From the NCBI GenBank assembly GCA_028279945.1, contig JANQMT010000006.1, positions 26,091-90,090 of the forward strand: a DNA stretch of 64,000 nucleotides. The letters run 5' to 3'. The notes beneath the pieces are model-generated. The model made no database searches. It was not told where the DNA came from and worked only from the letters and a program-made list of their open reading frames with translations. The first letter of the stretch is position 1; each line of letters begins with the position of its first letter. Source of the stretch: Clostridia bacterium (GTDB taxonomy: Bacteria; Bacillota; Clostridia; Peptostreptococcales; JAAYPU01). Shown piece after piece: positions 59,511-64,000 of this stretch. The translations under genes and the position numbers were made by a program.

Positions 59511-59741
59511 TTCCAATTCTCCTTTTTTAACCTAATCCGAACAATTTTATTATATCTATTATTTTATTATAATATAAAATGGTTGTATTAACTTAGACAA
59601 TCGTACAACATTAAAGTACATAAATAGACAATAAATCCCTTTTGAATGGTTTCGAATTGAATAAGAAAAGAGCAGGATATTTGCTGGATTTAAATAAGGA
59701 GTTGAGAAAATTCGTTGCTGTTGAAATAATTTGAAAAAAAG

Positions 59742-59763
59742 AAAAGCTCCAAATAGGAGCTTT
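59742..59763 (-). terminator. Terminator of the aminotransferase operon
   Basis: AAAGCTCC-AAATA-GGAGCTTT with an A-run on the left (U-tract on the minus strand). Confidence 0.75.
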
Positions 59764-59787
59764 ATTTTGGGTTGCATAGAATTTTTT

Positions 59788-61113
59788 TTATCTAATCATG
59801 TTGTCAACAGAATCCAGAACGTTATCCATGATTTTCATTGCTTCTCTTAACTCTTCTTCGGTTATGATAAGAGGTGGAGAGACAGCAAGCATGTTATTCA
59901 TTTTATACGTTACAAAGCCTTCTGATTTGAGCATACCAATGATTTTTGCCATTGTACCGTCTGGGTCTTGACCGAAAGGAACCATAGGCTCTTTTGTTTC
60001 TTTGTCTTTTACAAGTTCAATCATACTGAATAGGCCAACGTATCTTACATCACCTACGCAGGCATGTTTTTCCTTGATTTCTTCAAGAATTTCACCAAGT
60101 ACGCCGCTTAATTGATTGACATTATCGAAAATGTTTTCTTCGATATAAGCATCGATGGTGGCGATAGCTGCAGCACATCCCAGTGGATGACCATTGTAAG
60201 TAAGGCCGCATCCTAAGATGTTTTCATCAAAATGCTTAGCAATTTTATCACTAACGATAACGCCGCCTAGAGGTGCATATCCGCAAGTAGAACCTTTAGC
60301 AAAAGTAATTAGGTCAGGCTTACCATTATAGTTTTCAAATGCAAACATTGTACCTGTTCTTCCAAATCCAGCCATTACTTCGTCAAAAACCATTAGGATA
60401 CCATACTTGTCACAGATTTCTCTAACGCCTTCATAATATCCTTTAGGAGGTATCAAGACACCGTTACTTCCTACGACTGTTTCAAAGAAGATAGCAGCAA
60501 CTTTATCAGTACCTTCATAAATGATTTGGTTTTCAAGTATTTCTAAGTAATAAGCTGCAACGTCTGCTTCAGATTCGAATTTAACTTGCTTAGGCGCTCT
60601 ATATGCATAAGGACCTTCAAATTTAATGAATCCTGGTATTCCCGGCTCAGCATATTGTCTTCTGGCTTCACCGGTTAAGTTTGCTGCGCCGTAAGTCGCA
60701 CCATGATAGGATCTGTATGCGGAGAAGATTTTATTTCTTCCAGTGTACATTCTTGCCATTTTGATAGCATTTTCATTAGCTTCTGCGCCGGCATTTGTGA
60801 AGAATACTTTTGACATATAATCCGGAGCCAATTCAACCAATTTCTTAGCAGCTTCAGAACGAACGTCACATGCATATGAAGGTGCAATGAAAGCAAGTTT
60901 TTCTGCTTGATCTTTTATAGCTTGGATAACTTTTTTATGGCCATGTCCAAGGTTCATGTTAACCAATTGAGCAGACATGTCATAGAATCGTTTGCCTTCT
61001 TCATTCCAAAGGTAGATACCTTCGGCTTTAGTAATAACTTCTGGTTTTAAACCTGATTGCTTGTTCCAAGAATGCAGGTTGTATTTTAAGTCCATTTCTC
61101 TTATTTTAGACAT
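59788..61113 (-). CDS. Class III PLP aminotransferase (omega-amino substrate: taurine/beta-alanine/diamine type)
   Basis: GAEANENA, SYHG, DEVMAGFGRTG, TFAKG, GLTYNGHP. Start at 61113 after GGAGG. Confidence 0.9.
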   Translation of the reverse strand: MSKIREMDLKYNLHSWNKQSGLKPEVITKAEGIYLWNEEGKRFYDMSAQLVNMNLGHGHKKVIQAIKDQAEKLAFIAPSYACDVRSEAAKKLVELAPDYMSKVFFTNAGAEANENAIKMARMYTGRNKIFSAYRSYHGATYGAANLTGEARRQYAEPGIPGFIKFEGPYAYRAPKQVKFESEADVAAYYLEILENQIIYEGTDKVAAIFFETVVGSNGVLIPPKGYYEGVREICDKYGILMVFDEVMAGFGRTGTMFAFENYNGKPDLITFAKGSTCGYAPLGGVIVSDKIAKHFDENILGCGLTYNGHPLGCAAAIATIDAYIEENIFDNVNQLSGVLGEILEEIKEKHACVGDVRYVGLFSMIELVKDKETKEPMVPFGQDPDGTMAKIIGMLKSEGFVTYKMNNMLAVSPPLIITEEELREAMKIMDNVLDSVDNMIR

Positions 61114-61158
61114 AATTAACATCCTCCAATAATCATTTTTGTAATGAATTGATATAAA

Positions 61159-62568
61159 TTACTTATTGAACTCAACAACTGCTGCTGGGAATAATTCTTC
61201 ATCTGTAGGTTGAGTAGACTCGATTGGATAAGAAACCCAAGTTGTATTGAGGAGATCTTTCCAAGTTACGTTATGAGATACACTGTTATTACCCCAAGTA
61301 CCGCAGCCAAGAGTCATTGACATTGGCATACCGTTTGTCCAAGCACCACTGTTAGCCAAGCATTGAGGTTGGTTAACCATGATTCTTGCAGCTTTTATTC
61401 TATCTGCTAATTGAAGTACTCTATAGTCATACTTAGTATGGATACCGCAAGAGTGTCCTTGGCCCATAAATTCAAGGATAGCGTCTAGTTTATCAAGAGC
61501 ATCTTCAAAGTCTGTATATTTGTGAAGTGTTGTGATAACCGATAATTTTTCAGCAGAGAATCTGTGATTTTCGCCGATGCCATCTTCTTCAACTACGATG
61601 AATTTTGTTCCTGCCGGAAGGGTTAAACCTGCAACCTCAGCAATTTTTTCAACAGATTGAGCTACGATGTGTCTGTTTAATGTATGTCCGTCCGGCCATA
61701 CACCATCTCTAAGTTGCGCTTTTTCAGGTGAATCATTAGAAATGAAGTATCCACCTTGCTTTTTCAGTGCTTCAACAAAATCATCATATACTTTTTCATC
61801 TATGATTAAGTTGTTTTCTGTAGAACAGCTCGTAGCATGATCAAAAGTTTTAGATCTCATAACCATGTCTGCCACCGTATCTAAGTTTGTAGAACCATCA
61901 ATGATAACAGAAGCGTTACCGGTTCCAACACCGATAGTAGGTGTTCCGGAGCTGTAAGCAGCTTTAACCATAGGCGTACCGCCGGTTGCAAGTACCATAT
62001 CGACTTGCTTCATTAATTCACCACTTACTTCAACACTTACATATTCAGGATCGATACCGATTACTAAATCTTCAGGAGCACCATACTTTTTCAAAGTAGC
62101 TCTGATAGCATCTCCTGCTACTTTATTTGTATTTTTTGCTTTTGGATGTGGTGCTAAGATGATAGCATTTCTACCTTTGATAGCTGAAATAGCTTTGCAG
62201 AAAGGCGTTGCTTCACCATTTGTTACAGGGATTAAAGCACCAACGACGCCTACAGGCTTACCCAGCTTAATAAGACCAAGGGCTTCGTTTCTTTCAATAA
62301 CGCCTACAGATTTTTCATTTTTCATATCTCTGTAAGTACCTTTGATTTTAGTCATCATTTTACCAAATTTGTGATCAACTAAACCCATACCGGATTCTTC
62401 AACTAGCATTTTAGATAAGTCCGTAGCGAATTCTTTTTTTGTACCATTATAAGCAATAGCGGCACACAATTCATCTACCTGCTCTTGTGAAAAATTTTCA
62501 GCAATCCCTTGAGCTTTCTTAGCTCTTTCAACTAAAGTTGCTACATATTCAGCAGCGTTCATAGACAT
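61159..62568 (-). CDS. CoA-acylating aldehyde dehydrogenase (SauS/EutE-like)
   Basis: PVGVVGALIPVTN, LATGG, GVGTGN, SKTFD..TSCSTEN, EKLS, TLGCGTWG. Confidence 0.88.
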   Translation of the reverse strand: MSMNAAEYVATLVERAKKAQGIAENFSQEQVDELCAAIAYNGTKKEFATDLSKMLVEESGMGLVDHKFGKMMTKIKGTYRDMKNEKSVGVIERNEALGLIKLGKPVGVVGALIPVTNGEATPFCKAISAIKGRNAIILAPHPKAKNTNKVAGDAIRATLKKYGAPEDLVIGIDPEYVSVEVSGELMKQVDMVLATGGTPMVKAAYSSGTPTIGVGTGNASVIIDGSTNLDTVADMVMRSKTFDHATSCSTENNLIIDEKVYDDFVEALKKQGGYFISNDSPEKAQLRDGVWPDGHTLNRHIVAQSVEKIAEVAGLTLPAGTKFIVVEEDGIGENHRFSAEKLSVITTLHKYTDFEDALDKLDAILEFMGQGHSCGIHTKYDYRVLQLADRIKAARIMVNQPQCLANSGAWTNGMPMSMTLGCGTWGNNSVSHNVTWKDLLNTTWVSYPIESTQPTDEELFPAAVVEFNK

Positions 62569-62647
62569 GTTAACATCCTCCTTTTATGTGTAGGCGGCTT
62601 ATACCACCTAATTTAAATTATTGTTATTGAATATGCTAAACCATTAA

Positions 62648-62663
62648 TGCAAAAATTATACCA
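62648..62663 (-). promoter_or_regulatory. sigma54 (-24/-12) promoter
   Basis: Minus strand TGGTATAATTTTTGCA = GG-N10-GC. Confidence 0.8.
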
Positions 62664-62726
62664 AAAAGTACAAACTGTGAATTTTAAATGAAATTCAATA
62701 AAAATGAACGGTTGGGCATGGACGAG

Positions 62727-62859
62727 TAGATTCTAAAATGAATCTAAAAAAAGGAGTATACAGGTGATTTTATAGTATATATGGTTTATAATATGTAAAA
62801 ATTACGTATAATCAACCCAAAAGGCAAAAAAAAGAGTTTGATTCACGGATGAATCAAAC
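62727..62859. promoter_or_regulatory. Two GATTC-N6-GAATC palindromes (putative activator sites)
   Basis: TAGATTCTAAAATGAATCTA (62727-62746) and GTTTGATTCACGGATGAATCAAAC (62836-62859). Confidence 0.65.
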
Positions 62860-62863
62860 GATA

Positions 62864-64000
62864 CTATTTTGCATCTATGCCATAACGCTGCATTTTACGT
62901 ACGATGGTAGGCTGGCTGACACCAAGGGCTTTAGCGATTTGACGGGTTGTCTTATATTTCTCTGCAGCATTTTTTATAATTTGCTTTTCTGTTTCATCTA
63001 ATGCCTTCTTTAGATTCATAATAGGAGATAAGGTGATTTCACCACCAGGGCTTCTGGTATTTTCAAATATATAGGAAGGTAAATTATCTGGAAGTATGAT
63101 GGTTCCTTTTGTGGTGATGATGAGTCTCTCTATAATATTTTCCAATTCTCTGACGTTACCGGGCCAGTGGTATTTAATAAGCATAGCAATGGTATTGGGA
63201 TCTATTCTTTTTTTCTCATTAAACTTCTTATTATATTTTTGCAGAAAATGTCTTACCATAGGAATGATATCTTCTTGTCTTTCTCTAAGAGGCGGTATAT
63301 TAATAGGAACAACGTAAAGACGGTAGTATAAATCTTCTCTGAATTTCCCCTCGTTAACCATGGATTGAAGATCTTTATTGGTAGCTGCTATAATTCTAAC
63401 GTTAACAGAAATGGTATCGACACTTCCAACACGTTGTATTTCTTTGTCTTGAATAACTTGAAGAATTTTGACTTGTAAGTGCAGAGGCAATTCAGCAATT
63501 TCATCTAAAAAGATAGTACCGTCTTGAGCCATTTCAAAGAGGCCTTTTTTTCCGTCTTTTCTGGACCCTGTAAAAGCACCGGGTTCATATCCGAACAATT
63601 CGGATTCTAATAGATTGTCGGGGATGGCGCCGCAGTTAACTTTAACAAAGGGGTGATTTTTGCGTTTACCGGTTTCGTGAAGGAGCTTAGCCACAACCCC
63701 TTTTCCCACACCGGATTCGCCTGTAATCAACACTGTAGAATCAATTTGTGCTAACCTTTTAGCCAATTGTATCACATTATACATGGTAGGGCTGTTGGCA
63801 ATGATATCACCAAAAAATACTCTCTTCTGGGATTTTAATTCATCCAAAGCCGTTTGCACATCTTCTATTCTATTCTTTAATTGAATAAGCTCTGTAATAT
63901 CTCTAGACGTACTGATGATTTTTTTAATCTTTTTATTTTCATCAAAGATAGGCGTACCTGTTGTTAACAGTTTCTTTCCTTCTACATTACTATGGAGGAT
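62864..64000 (-). CDS. PAS-domain sigma54-dependent activator (5' truncated by window edge)
   Basis: Frame is open to 64000 with a PAC motif (TGTPIFD...SRDIT); GESGVGK, GAFTGS, WPGNVREL, TyrR-like HTH. Confidence 0.93.
   Translation of the reverse strand: MLHSNVEGKKLLTTGTPIFDENKKIKKIISTSRDITELIQLKNRIEDVQTALDELKSQKRVFFGDIIANSPTMYNVIQLAKRLAQIDSTVLITGESGVGKGVVAKLLHETGKRKNHPFVKVNCGAIPDNLLESELFGYEPGAFTGSRKDGKKGLFEMAQDGTIFLDEIAELPLHLQVKILQVIQDKEIQRVGSVDTISVNVRIIAATNKDLQSMVNEGKFREDLYYRLYVVPINIPPLRERQEDIIPMVRHFLQKYNKKFNEKKRIDPNTIAMLIKYHWPGNVRELENIIERLIITTKGTIILPDNLPSYIFENTRSPGGEITLSPIMNLKKALDETEKQIIKNAAEKYKTTRQIAKALGVSQPTIVRKMQRYGIDAK

Noticed and set aside
885-63317. Numerous 60-184 aa ORFs overlapping or antisense to long genes (e.g. 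8382-8861, 56004-56558)
   Set aside because: Shadow frames of well-supported genes, without RBS or recognisable motifs.

Overview
AT-rich chromosomal window from what looks like an anaerobic Clostridia-type Firmicute (inferred from SLH proteins, CpsBCD, a Bacillota-type SOS box and several sigma54 systems). No rRNA, tRNA or CRISPR was seen. From left to right: (1) the end of an ABC substrate-binding gene, an unannotated 42-aa Cys/His peptide with its own promoter and terminator, and a sigma54-driven MoxR AAA+/VWA pair. (2) A leftward operon of small TM peptide, SSS symporter, histidine kinase and sigma54 response regulator, divergent from a sigma54 promoter that appears to drive only a ~105-nt structured non-coding RNA. 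This recalls the Pseudomonas CbrX-CbrA-CbrB-CrcZ architecture, but split into separate genes. (3) Two SLH proteins and a ~30-kb Wzx/Wzy polysaccharide locus with FucNAc genes, a deacetylase/formyltransferase pair, an unusual CMP-ulosonic-acid module (KdsB-like, DRE-TIM aldolase, KdgK-like kinase, HP-motif transferase) and a decayed ugd. (4) A repeat-rich hotspot inside that locus: a Phd-PIN toxin-antitoxin pair between direct repeats, a RAYT HUH transposase carrying a REP hairpin in-frame, 11-bp tandem arrays and GATAG hairpins between successive genes. (5) lexA with an SOS box. (6) An amine/amide catabolism region with two paralogous membrane-PAS kinase/OmpR modules, an output-less Cache receptor, amidohydrolases, transporters and a sigma54-controlled omega-aminotransferase/acylating aldehyde dehydrogenase operon. 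All functional calls come from motif recognition by eye; no database searches were run.
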